Source: an uncultured Candidatus Saccharibacteria bacterium (GTDB lineage Bacteria; Patescibacteriota; Minisyncoccia; Phycocordibacterales; UBA9973). Taken from it: DNA of 64,000 nt. This document shows positions 55,992 to 64,000 of this stretch, in pieces (the stretch's first letter is position 1; every line of letters starts with the position of its first letter). The translations under genes and the position numbers were made by a program. Location: NCBI GenBank assembly GCA_964544225.1, contig CAZIZK010000001.1, positions 143,477 through 207,476 on the forward strand. The letters are read 5' to 3'. Under the pieces are notes generated by a model that saw nothing but the letters and a program-made list of their open reading frames with translations, did not search any database and was not told where the DNA came from.

Positions 55992-57260
55992 TTAATTGTT
56001 AAAGCTATAGCTTGTACTTCCTTTTTTAATTTTAGCATAAGGGTTTTTGAATCCTCCGCGCATAGACAAGTGTACGTGATTACCAGTAGATGAACCTGTG
56101 GTTCCTACGAGTCCTATCAAGTCACCCTGCTTTACAGTTTGACCAGACACAGCTATTACTTTGCTCATGTGTCCAAACAAAGCTTGCGAACCATCGTTGA
56201 AGTTTACAACTACGTACTGACCGTATCCACCATTGTATCCGACACCATCAGCGATCAACACTGTCCCGTCTTTTATTGAATATATAGGTGTGCCTTTTGG
56301 TGCTGCTATATCTACCGCATTGTCATCGTGTAGACCTTGGGATATTCTTCCAGCTCCTTCGGGTAGTGGCCATATATATCCACCAACAGCAGAACCAGAA
56401 GGGGCTTGGTTTACAGAAGGAGCCTTTTCTTCAACTTCTGGAGTTTTATCTTGCTCAGGTTCTGGAACTTTGGCAACATCTGGCTTTTGAGCTATTGGCT
56501 TGTTGCTAGTTGATAGGGCTTTCTGGTCAGCTTTTGCTATAGCCTTTGCGTCTAAGCCTACAAGGATGATACTGAGCCCTGGTTTAACCTCTGTAGATTT
56601 GGACATTACGTTGTATTCGAGGATATTAGCAACAGAAATTCCATATTTCTTAGATATACTTTCGGCTGTCTCACCCTTTTTAACTGTATACATAACTCCA
56701 GAAAGGGGTATTATAACGAGTGTTTGTCCCACTTTTGTCAGCTCAGAACGTTTTATATCACTATTGGCATATATTATAGCTATTTTTGACACCTTGTTTG
56801 CACGGGCAATACTGTCTAGGGTGTCTCCAGCCTTTACTGTATATACACCAATCCTTGAATCACTAGAAGAGTAGCCTTTGACATCCGCCTCAGTACCCAT
56901 TGGGCCTGTCTTTGACTCTAGAGCTTCGTCCCCCACAATAGTCACGTCTACTATATTTGAGCCGGGCTTCAATTCTGAAGTAAGGGAAGGTTCCATGAGC
57001 TGTATAGTCTGTGAATTGTGAACAACATCATCAGATGTATCCTCGGCAGCCATGGTCTTGTTACCAAATATATCTCCAATAAATGAAAAGAGTCCCGCAT
57101 GCGCCTGCACAGGGACTACTAATATAGACAATATCAACACCAAAGAAGAAAAGGCCTTTGTAACATTAGGCTTGTAAAATATAGATATTTTAGTAGGAAT
57201 GGCTTGTCCACGGCTGGAGGATGAGCGCATTTCTACTTTTGTATTAGAGTTTATTTTCAT
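55992..57260 (-). CDS. LysM-domain M23-family peptidoglycan endopeptidase
   Basis: Two LysM repeats (YTVKAGDTLDSIARANKVS; YTVKKGETAESISKKYGISVANILEYN) and a C-terminal M23 domain (GQYVVVNFNDGSQALFGHMSKVIAVSGQTVKQGDLIGLVGTTGSSTGNHVHLSM). Confidence 0.8.
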   Translation of the reverse strand: MKINSNTKVEMRSSSSRGQAIPTKISIFYKPNVTKAFSSLVLILSILVVPVQAHAGLFSFIGDIFGNKTMAAEDTSDDVVHNSQTIQLMEPSLTSELKPGSNIVDVTIVGDEALESKTGPMGTEADVKGYSSSDSRIGVYTVKAGDTLDSIARANKVSKIAIIYANSDIKRSELTKVGQTLVIIPLSGVMYTVKKGETAESISKKYGISVANILEYNVMSKSTEVKPGLSIILVGLDAKAIAKADQKALSTSNKPIAQKPDVAKVPEPEQDKTPEVEEKAPSVNQAPSGSAVGGYIWPLPEGAGRISQGLHDDNAVDIAAPKGTPIYSIKDGTVLIADGVGYNGGYGQYVVVNFNDGSQALFGHMSKVIAVSGQTVKQGDLIGLVGTTGSSTGNHVHLSMRGGFKNPYAKIKKGSTSYSFNN

Positions 57261-57451
57261 AATTTATTGGGTCTTGCGGTGTGTCAGACGTGTACGATCT
57301 GTTCGGTATTTACTGTATTTATAAGGGTAAAACCTTATATTCATAAATGGTAACCCAAAGGGGGTATATGGTCAACCCAGATATGCACAGTTTTGTCCAC
57401 ATGGTCAAAAATCCTGAAAATACCCTTATTTCCCCCTATAAAGCCTTATTT

Positions 57452-57481
57452 TTGACACTTTTTATAAATACGTGGTATAAT
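57452..57481 (+). promoter_or_regulatory. sigma70 promoter with extended -10, 8 nt upstream of the ATG (leaderless-type)
   Basis: TTGACA, an 18-nt spacer, then TGGTATAAT, followed by ttttct and ATG(57488). Confidence 0.55.
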
Positions 57482-57487
57482 TTTTCT

Positions 57488-59278
57488 ATGGTAAAAGAAA
57501 AACTCCAAAGCCTAGGTGGTGGTGATTGGGAAGACCAGCTCGCTAAACTAGCAGACAAAGTAAATCCAGAAATAATAAAAAAAGAAGATGGGTTGAAAAA
57601 CATAGACCTATTAAGAAAGGTTCCTCTTGGGGTTGCAAATGTTTATGAGGATAATGAAGGTAACTTGGCTACCTACTCAAATGAAAAACCTCAAAAAATC
57701 ACAATCGAAGACAAAGTTGTTAACAATATAAAGCTAAACAACAGTGAGATCAAAACAGGAAGTAAAATACACATAAATGATAGGGAAGAAATTCAGATAG
57801 ATGGCATAGCTACCGACGGTGACCATAACCTGATTTACTACCGCACAATAAAGAAGTCACCGATGGGGGACGTAAAGATATCGGATTCAAAAAAAGAGGA
57901 GGAGTTCCTACAGATGGTAAGCAGTAAGGGTGGCGTGTTTATAAAAGACTATACGGTAAAAGCAAGGGGTGAGAAGATAGAGTCCGCAAATTTAAATGAC
58001 CAAAACGGTTCTAGTAATGAACAGCCTAAAAGTGATACAATTGTGAATATGGTAAAAGAAACTCCAAAAATAGAACCTGTGACTAATCCTGTAAACGATA
58101 CAGAGAATTTTGTTGATACTAAAAAAGATGATATAGAGAATCTTTTAGACGAGCATAAAAAATATTTGAATAATAAATTTAATAATGCAAAAACAGAAGA
58201 AGAAAAAACAAAATTAGAAAAGAAAATAAAATATTTTAATGATTCTCCTTATACTCAATTAAAATCAAACATAGAATATAGTATAAAAAATCTAGAAGAG
58301 AAAATAGAAAATTCAAAAACAAAAGGGGAGGGAAATTCTTTGAAAAGAGTATTGTCTCGCCTTCAGGTTGAATTGGCTTTAGTAGATGAAGCCATAAAAG
58401 AAGAGGAGTTGAAAAATAAGGAAGATAAAAAAACTATTAAACCAAAGGGAGATGCAGAAAATGCTACTAGAAAAGTAGGTCTGCGTCCAATGACACACAC
58501 ACTAAAGACTCCAGATGGAAGTATCTACGAGCTTAGAGATTTAACTGGAACACAGATAGAATTATTTAAAGCTATCCTTTCTGACATAGGGACTAGCCAA
58601 ATATCTCGTGAAGAAATAATTGCCTTAAATGAAAGGATGGATGAAGGGGTAAAGCTTCCAAAAGAAAGCCTTGCTGATCTTCTGTATGCATTTGATATAA
58701 AAAATCCAAAGAAAGAAACTCATGAAGAAATAGCCGCGAATCTTGGTATCCCAACAGAACTACCAGGGTTGGCAGAGGCCCAAGCAGAGCTTGATATTGA
58801 AAAACAAAAGAAAGAAATCATTGATTGGTTTAATAGTGAGATGAAGAAAAGGGATCAGGCTCACCAAGAAAGTGTAGATACTATAAAGGCAAGAATCGCC
58901 GAAATTATGGCTATGCCAGACGATGAGGTCGTAGAAGAAGTAGCAGGTGAGAGTGAGTCTAATTTAAATATTTTGTCAGATGAGGAATTAAATAAAGAGG
59001 AAGCTAAACCTTTTATTCCCGAAGGTATGTGGACAAGAACTCCAGATAAGATTTCACATATAAATGAGAAAAATGAGGTATTTAAATTAGGAGATGAAGT
59101 ATATCAGACCCCAGCACAAGGCAATGCTCCTATTTATGAATACTTAGGTAGTATTACAGGTTTCGATGAAAACTATGCTTACATAACATCTAGGAATGAT
59201 ACAGAAGACAAGAGACCTATTAATACTGATGTTCTGACTAAAAAGGTTCCTGATGGTATGGAAATATCTGGTAAATAA
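57488..59278 (+). CDS. large hypothetical soluble protein (coiled-coil-rich)
   Basis: Start placed at MVKEKLQS after the strong promoter; 596 aa, K/E-rich, no recognised domain. Confidence 0.5.
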   Translation: MVKEKLQSLGGGDWEDQLAKLADKVNPEIIKKEDGLKNIDLLRKVPLGVANVYEDNEGNLATYSNEKPQKITIEDKVVNNIKLNNSEIKTGSKIHINDREEIQIDGIATDGDHNLIYYRTIKKSPMGDVKISDSKKEEEFLQMVSSKGGVFIKDYTVKARGEKIESANLNDQNGSSNEQPKSDTIVNMVKETPKIEPVTNPVNDTENFVDTKKDDIENLLDEHKKYLNNKFNNAKTEEEKTKLEKKIKYFNDSPYTQLKSNIEYSIKNLEEKIENSKTKGEGNSLKRVLSRLQVELALVDEAIKEEELKNKEDKKTIKPKGDAENATRKVGLRPMTHTLKTPDGSIYELRDLTGTQIELFKAILSDIGTSQISREEIIALNERMDEGVKLPKESLADLLYAFDIKNPKKETHEEIAANLGIPTELPGLAEAQAELDIEKQKKEIIDWFNSEMKKRDQAHQESVDTIKARIAEIMAMPDDEVVEEVAGESESNLNILSDEELNKEEAKPFIPEGMWTRTPDKISHINEKNEVFKLGDEVYQTPAQGNAPIYEYLGSITGFDENYAYITSRNDTEDKRPINTDVLTKKVPDGMEISGK

Positions 59279-59415
59279 ACCTTTTCCTTTAATTTTTAAA
59301 AAGGTGTATTGGGCACTCAAAAAAGAAAATTACCTAGAAAAGACCTATATATTAGAGAAGTTAAAGGGGAGCTAGTTTACTTACCTATTGTTTATAAATA
59401 ATATATAATAAACCT

Positions 59416-61617
59416 ATGTCAGAAAAACCATCTTACAATAAAAAAACAAAAAAAGAACTATTAGAAGAGGCTCAAAAAGATCTTCAGAATTTGGAAGATC
59501 GCAGAAAAGAATCGGATGCAGAACTAACAAAAGCTTTTAATGAAAAGCTAGAGAGTATTGGGGGTTCAAAGAAAGAAGATAAAAAGAATGACGATTCTAA
59601 AGAGGGTGCATCTGAAGATACTAAGGTGGAAGAAGCACCTACACCAGATGGCACAAAAGACACCTCAGGTCCTGATGATAAAGGTAAAGAAGGTAAAGAA
59701 CCAACTCCAGAAGAAAAGGGGGTAGAGGAGTCTCGTAGTAAATACCTAGAAGCATTAACTAAATACAACAAAGAACGTGGTGCATGGAGAAAGGTAATAA
59801 CTACACTTGGTATAAAAGAGGGCTACAAGAACAGTAAACTTGCAAATGTAGAAAAAGTAAAGGCTGAATATGATAAGGCTCGTGTAGAACTAGGTAAAAA
59901 GATGAATGCCGACAAGAAAGCTGAGTTAGAAAAAATGGGCCTACATGGCGAAGAAATAAATAAACAACTTTTTGAATACAGAAACGGTGAAATATTTAAA
60001 ATAATACACTTGGATGAATACAAGAAACTCCAAGACGAGCGTGCAGAGAAGCTACCCCCAGAAAGAAAGACTCTATTAAAGAAGGCTTGGAATGCTTCTT
60101 GGAAAGTTTTCAGTGCCTATTCAGACTTGGGTAAAAAAGGAGGGACATTATTTAAAATACCAATACCAAAAAGTGGAGGCAAGAAATTTGATGTTACTTG
60201 GGGCTTCTTAGCAAAATCAGCAGGCACAGCTGCATTCTTCACATTAACTGCAGGTGGAGGCTGGGCAATGTGGGGAGCAAGAGCAACGAAAGGTTTAACT
60301 AGCGGTATTACAGCAGGTATAACAAATAAATTTATAAAAAATAAACAGGAAAAGAATCTAGATAGATTTAAAATAGATATAGGTAATAAAAAGAGTGACT
60401 TGCAAAACAAATTCACTTCTGGAAATATTAGTCTAGTTGAATATGAAAAGGAATTTGAAAAGATAAATAAGATGGTTGAAAGAAAAGAGCGTATCCAGAT
60501 GGCAACACGTGCTGCCGCAAGTGTACTTGTGGGCGTAGGAACTTCTTATGGAATGTCACATGCTATGGATAACGGTACAGAAACAACAGGTCATAATACA
60601 AAAACAGTAGAAACCAAAACAACTACGGTTGAACAAACTACTCCTGAACCAGCAACTTCAGAACCAGCACCTGTGACAGATAGTATTCCAAAAGAAGCAA
60701 TGATTGATGCGGAGCATAATGTAGGTATTACTTATGCACTCAAGTCACAATTAGAAGCTAATAGTGACTTAGCACACAAGCTAGGCTACGACGTAGCGCC
60801 AAACAAGGCCCAGTTCCTCGCTGACTTGGGTAAGAAGCTTGGCTATATAAATGAGCACGGCGATGTACGTGTACAAGCTGACATGGGTGCAGCGTATGTA
60901 TTGAACTCAGATGGAAGTGTTACTGAATATCAGAACGGTGTAAAAATAGAAGGCCATAATGCAGGTGACACATTTGAAGGGAAAGATGTTCAAGAAAAAT
61001 ACGAATACTATAATGAAAATAAAGTTCCTAGCCCAAAGAGTGGCAAGAGTGTATTCGATGGCCCTGCTACAAGTATCGCACCGAGTGGTGCTCGTGTAGA
61101 GGGTAGCCCAGATGAATTTGCAGGGCAAGCTACTGGTATTGGTGGTGCACCTTTGGATGCAAATAATCCTGATTCATGGGTTCTGGATAGTAGAGGTTCC
61201 GGAGGTAGGTTGAATCAAGAATTAATAACCGAAAACAAGAAATTGTTGAGTACAAATGGTGCTGCTGAAGAAATGGCTCGCCGTGCCGGAGTAAATAATA
61301 TTGCAGGCACCCAAGATGCAAACACAATAAATTTAGAAAGTACCGAACAATTTCTAAATGAAAAACAAAATATTTTAAATAAAACATTCTATAATATTGC
61401 TAGTTGGAGTAATGATTACAATCATGCCCGATGGGATCATGTCAAATTAATAAATATGGATGAGTTAGCTAGACCAGAACATGAATTTGCATCTAGAGGT
61501 GAAGCAAAGAGTGTGGCTAGATTAATCACAAAAGCAAGAGACGCTGGTATAGATTATCATGGTAAGACAGCCGACCAATTGGTAAACGAAATAGTAAAGA
61601 AGGGATTAGTAAAATAA
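59416..61617 (+). CDS. large hypothetical protein with two central TM helices
   Basis: Charged coiled-coil N-terminus, Gly-rich hydrophobic segments (SAGTAAFFTLTAGGGWAMWGA; AAASVLVGVGTSYGMSHAM), and a C-terminal soluble domain of unknown type. Confidence 0.5.
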   Translation: MSEKPSYNKKTKKELLEEAQKDLQNLEDRRKESDAELTKAFNEKLESIGGSKKEDKKNDDSKEGASEDTKVEEAPTPDGTKDTSGPDDKGKEGKEPTPEEKGVEESRSKYLEALTKYNKERGAWRKVITTLGIKEGYKNSKLANVEKVKAEYDKARVELGKKMNADKKAELEKMGLHGEEINKQLFEYRNGEIFKIIHLDEYKKLQDERAEKLPPERKTLLKKAWNASWKVFSAYSDLGKKGGTLFKIPIPKSGGKKFDVTWGFLAKSAGTAAFFTLTAGGGWAMWGARATKGLTSGITAGITNKFIKNKQEKNLDRFKIDIGNKKSDLQNKFTSGNISLVEYEKEFEKINKMVERKERIQMATRAAASVLVGVGTSYGMSHAMDNGTETTGHNTKTVETKTTTVEQTTPEPATSEPAPVTDSIPKEAMIDAEHNVGITYALKSQLEANSDLAHKLGYDVAPNKAQFLADLGKKLGYINEHGDVRVQADMGAAYVLNSDGSVTEYQNGVKIEGHNAGDTFEGKDVQEKYEYYNENKVPSPKSGKSVFDGPATSIAPSGARVEGSPDEFAGQATGIGGAPLDANNPDSWVLDSRGSGGRLNQELITENKKLLSTNGAAEEMARRAGVNNIAGTQDANTINLESTEQFLNEKQNILNKTFYNIASWSNDYNHARWDHVKLINMDELARPEHEFASRGEAKSVARLITKARDAGIDYHGKTADQLVNEIVKKGLVK

Positions 61618-61639
61618 TTATTAATTAATATAAAATTAT

Positions 61640-61954
61640 ATGGCATTAGATACACAAACACATGATATATTGGCAAAAGCATTGGGGGTAGATAATCTAC
61701 CCGAGGACCAAAAGGCAACCATGATCGAGACAGCGGGTGCAATAATCTACCAAGCAGTATTAACACGTGCAATGGAGGAGATGCCCGAGGAGGCTCTCGA
61801 CGAGTTCGAGAAGATAATAAATGCGGAACCAACTCCAGAACTAGTATTTGCATTCTTCCGTAGTAAGATACCAAACTTTGACGCAATGATAGAGGAAGAG
61901 GCAAAGAATTTCATCGAAGACGGTCAGAATATAATGAGTCAGATAGGAGAATAG
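61640..61954 (+). CDS. hypothetical small acidic protein
   Basis: 104-aa ORF beginning 23 bp after the preceding gene. Confidence 0.35.
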   Translation: MALDTQTHDILAKALGVDNLPEDQKATMIETAGAIIYQAVLTRAMEEMPEEALDEFEKIINAEPTPELVFAFFRSKIPNFDAMIEEEAKNFIEDGQNIMSQIGE

Positions 61955-62052
61955 TAAGATAATTACGAATTTCAAATTACGAATTACGAATAAATTAGCA
62001 TAAAAAATCCTAGAGCAAAGCTCTGGGATTTTTTATGCTAGAATAGTGTGAT

Positions 62053-63969
62053 ATGAATACGAATTATTTAGATGAACTCAATGCCAAACAGCGCGAAGCA
62101 GCCGAATATATAGAGGGCCCACTACTAATAGTAGCCGGTGCTGGTGCAGGCAAGACAAAGACTCTAACATATCGTATCGCGAACCTGATCAATCATGGCG
62201 TAGCCCCGGACAAAATATTAGCGGTAACATTTACCAACAAGGCAGCTCGTGAAATGCGCGAGCGCACTTTAAAGATGTTCGAGGGGCGCAACTACAACAG
62301 TATCCCTACTATATCTACATTCCACTCACTCGGGGTAAAGATCATAAAGGAGAATGCCCATATGCTAGGCCTGACCAAACACTTTGCTATAGCGGACGAA
62401 AGCGATGCATTGAGCATCATAAAAGACGCTTTGAAGAGTTTGGACTTGGATATCAAACAATACGAACCGAGGAAGATAAAGTCTATAATATCCAAATCAA
62501 AAGGTGATTTCATAACCCAGAGCAAGTTCGCCGAGGATGCAGTATCACACTTTGCCCAGCTTGTAGCCCGCATATGGAAGATGTATGAAGAAGGTTTGAA
62601 GAAGGAGATGGCCCTGGACTTCGACGACCTGTTGCTGGAGACAGTTATGCTACTAAAGAAGTACCCCGAGCTTCGCGATACTTATCAAAAAAGGTGGGAG
62701 TATATTCATATAGACGAGTATCAGGATACGAACGAAGTTCAATATGAACTGACTAAATTATTGGTGAGTGAAAAGCACAATATTTGTGTGGTAGGTGACA
62801 CTGATCAGAATATCTATAGCTGGCGTGGTGCCAATATAAAGAACATGCTTCACTTCGAGAAGGATTATACAGAGGCAAAGATAGTCATGCTCGAACAGAA
62901 CTACCGCTCTACTAAGACAATCATCGAAGCCGCAAATGAAGTAATAAAGAAGAACGTATTTCGTGCAGACAAGAACTTGTTTACCGACAATCATGTGGGT
63001 GAGGCTATCACTATCTACGAAGCGTACGACGAAGTTTACGAAGCCAACTTTGTCGCCAACACAATATATGAATTGCTGGAGAGTGGTAAAGCTGAACCAA
63101 GCAATATCGCCGTGCTCTACCGTGCCAACTTTCAATCCCGAATATTAGAAGAGGCGATGCTGGGTAAACAAATACCGTATCAAGTATTGGGGGTAAAGTT
63201 CTTCGAGCGCAGAGAAGTGCGCGACATGCTTTCATATATACGTGCCTCACTAAACAAGGAAAGCTTGTCCGATATTAAACGTATCATCAATGTCCCAGCC
63301 CGAGGTATAGGCAAGGTAACTATTGCAAAATTGTTTGCGAACCAATTCACCGACTTGCCAGCTACAATGCAAATAAAGATAAATAAATTCTATACACTAC
63401 TGGACTCTATCCGACAAATGAGCGAGGGTAGCCCTGTAAGTGAAGTTATCAAATATACACTCGAAGCAAGTGGCCTGGATAAAGAACTAGCCGAAGGTGG
63501 AGAAGAAGGTTTAGAAAGATTGGAAAATATCAAAGAGTTGGTGTCTCTGGCTACCAAGTATGATGCATATGGTGAAGAGGGGTTGGATATGTTGCTCACC
63601 GATGCGGCCCTTGCAAGCGACCAAGACAGCCTGAACCAACCTGTAGATGGGGTACGCCTTATGACAGTGCACGCATCTAAAGGGCTCGAGTTCAAATACG
63701 TATTTATCACAGGCCTCGAGCAGGACTTGTTCCCTCATCAACGATCTGGCAATTCAAAGAACGCAGGCGAGAGCGAGGAGGAACGCAGACTATTCTATGT
63801 AGCGCTCACTCGTGCTGAACACAAACTATACCTATCATACGCACAACTCCGTACAATATTCGGCATGAAGCAGGTGAACAGCCCTAGCGAGTTCCTGTCT
63901 GATATCCCAGGCCACCTTACTACACTCGAATCAGGTGGTGGTAATGGGGAAAAAATTGTATATTTATAA
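62053..63969 (+). CDS. pcrA: ATP-dependent DNA helicase PcrA/UvrD family
   Basis: SF1 motifs: GPLLIVAGAGAGKTKTL (Walker A), DEYQDTN, VGDTDQNIYSWRGA, NYRST, and the C-terminal 2A domain with VHASKGLEF. Confidence 0.9.
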   Translation: MNTNYLDELNAKQREAAEYIEGPLLIVAGAGAGKTKTLTYRIANLINHGVAPDKILAVTFTNKAAREMRERTLKMFEGRNYNSIPTISTFHSLGVKIIKENAHMLGLTKHFAIADESDALSIIKDALKSLDLDIKQYEPRKIKSIISKSKGDFITQSKFAEDAVSHFAQLVARIWKMYEEGLKKEMALDFDDLLLETVMLLKKYPELRDTYQKRWEYIHIDEYQDTNEVQYELTKLLVSEKHNICVVGDTDQNIYSWRGANIKNMLHFEKDYTEAKIVMLEQNYRSTKTIIEAANEVIKKNVFRADKNLFTDNHVGEAITIYEAYDEVYEANFVANTIYELLESGKAEPSNIAVLYRANFQSRILEEAMLGKQIPYQVLGVKFFERREVRDMLSYIRASLNKESLSDIKRIINVPARGIGKVTIAKLFANQFTDLPATMQIKINKFYTLLDSIRQMSEGSPVSEVIKYTLEASGLDKELAEGGEEGLERLENIKELVSLATKYDAYGEEGLDMLLTDAALASDQDSLNQPVDGVRLMTVHASKGLEFKYVFITGLEQDLFPHQRSGNSKNAGESEEERRLFYVALTRAEHKLYLSYAQLRTIFGMKQVNSPSEFLSDIPGHLTTLESGGGNGEKIVYL

Positions 63970-64000
63970 TATGATACACAAAGCTAAAAAGTCACTAGGG

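Overview
This is a 64 kb AT-rich (about 38-40% GC) bacterial chromosomal segment with dense coding on both strands. I see no rRNA and no CRISPR.

Housekeeping genes include rpsL-rpsG, rpmB, guaA, rnhA, recJ, pgk-tpiA, nusA, ppa, tig, clpP, rny, hup, cca, xth, xerC/D-like, rpsO, a tdh-kbl threonine catabolic pair, glmS, pnp and pcrA/uvrD. There are four tRNA genes: Pro-TGG, Gly-TCC, Arg-TCG on the minus strand, and Gly-GCC. None encodes a 3' CCA, and a CCA-adding enzyme gene sits right beside them.

The most striking block runs from about 9.9 to 25.3 kb on the minus strand.
- pgk and tpiA appear co-transcribed with a type IV pilus module. The module contains pilB, pilC, a 600-aa and a 209-aa prepilin-leader pseudopilin, a PilX-N-like protein, and an Ig-like coiled-coil membrane protein.
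- Four secreted surface-type proteins lie just upstream. One carries an FN3 domain plus a textbook T9SS-type C-terminal sorting domain.

Several competence-related oddities are present.
- ComEC is split into two genes 2.9 kb apart.
- The comM/yifB gene is interrupted by one in-frame TAG.

Other notable items:
- Fe/Mn SOD and a membrane fatty-acid desaturase.
- A DinJ-YafQ toxin-antitoxin pair.
- A LysM-M23 peptidase.
- A three-gene block of large uncharacterised proteins (57.5-62.0 kb) upstream of pcrA.

Non-coding signals:
- Two about 90-bp MITE-like repeats in inverted orientation (45.5 and 53.6 kb), plus a related GC-rich core bracketed by a perfect 22-bp inverted repeat at 5.45 kb.
- A family of palindromic terminators of the form AAAATTCCCC...GGGGAATTTT.
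- No recognisable Shine-Dalgarno sequences; sigma70-like -10 boxes sit only 7-9 nt upstream of start codons, consistent with leaderless mRNAs.

Phylum assignment is uncertain. The short PPIase-less trigger factor, the split ComEC and the T4P operon with giant pseudopilins fit an uncultivated small-genome lineage such as CPR/Patescibacteria. The T9SS-type CTD and the SD-less starts could instead indicate FCB-group affinity or HGT.
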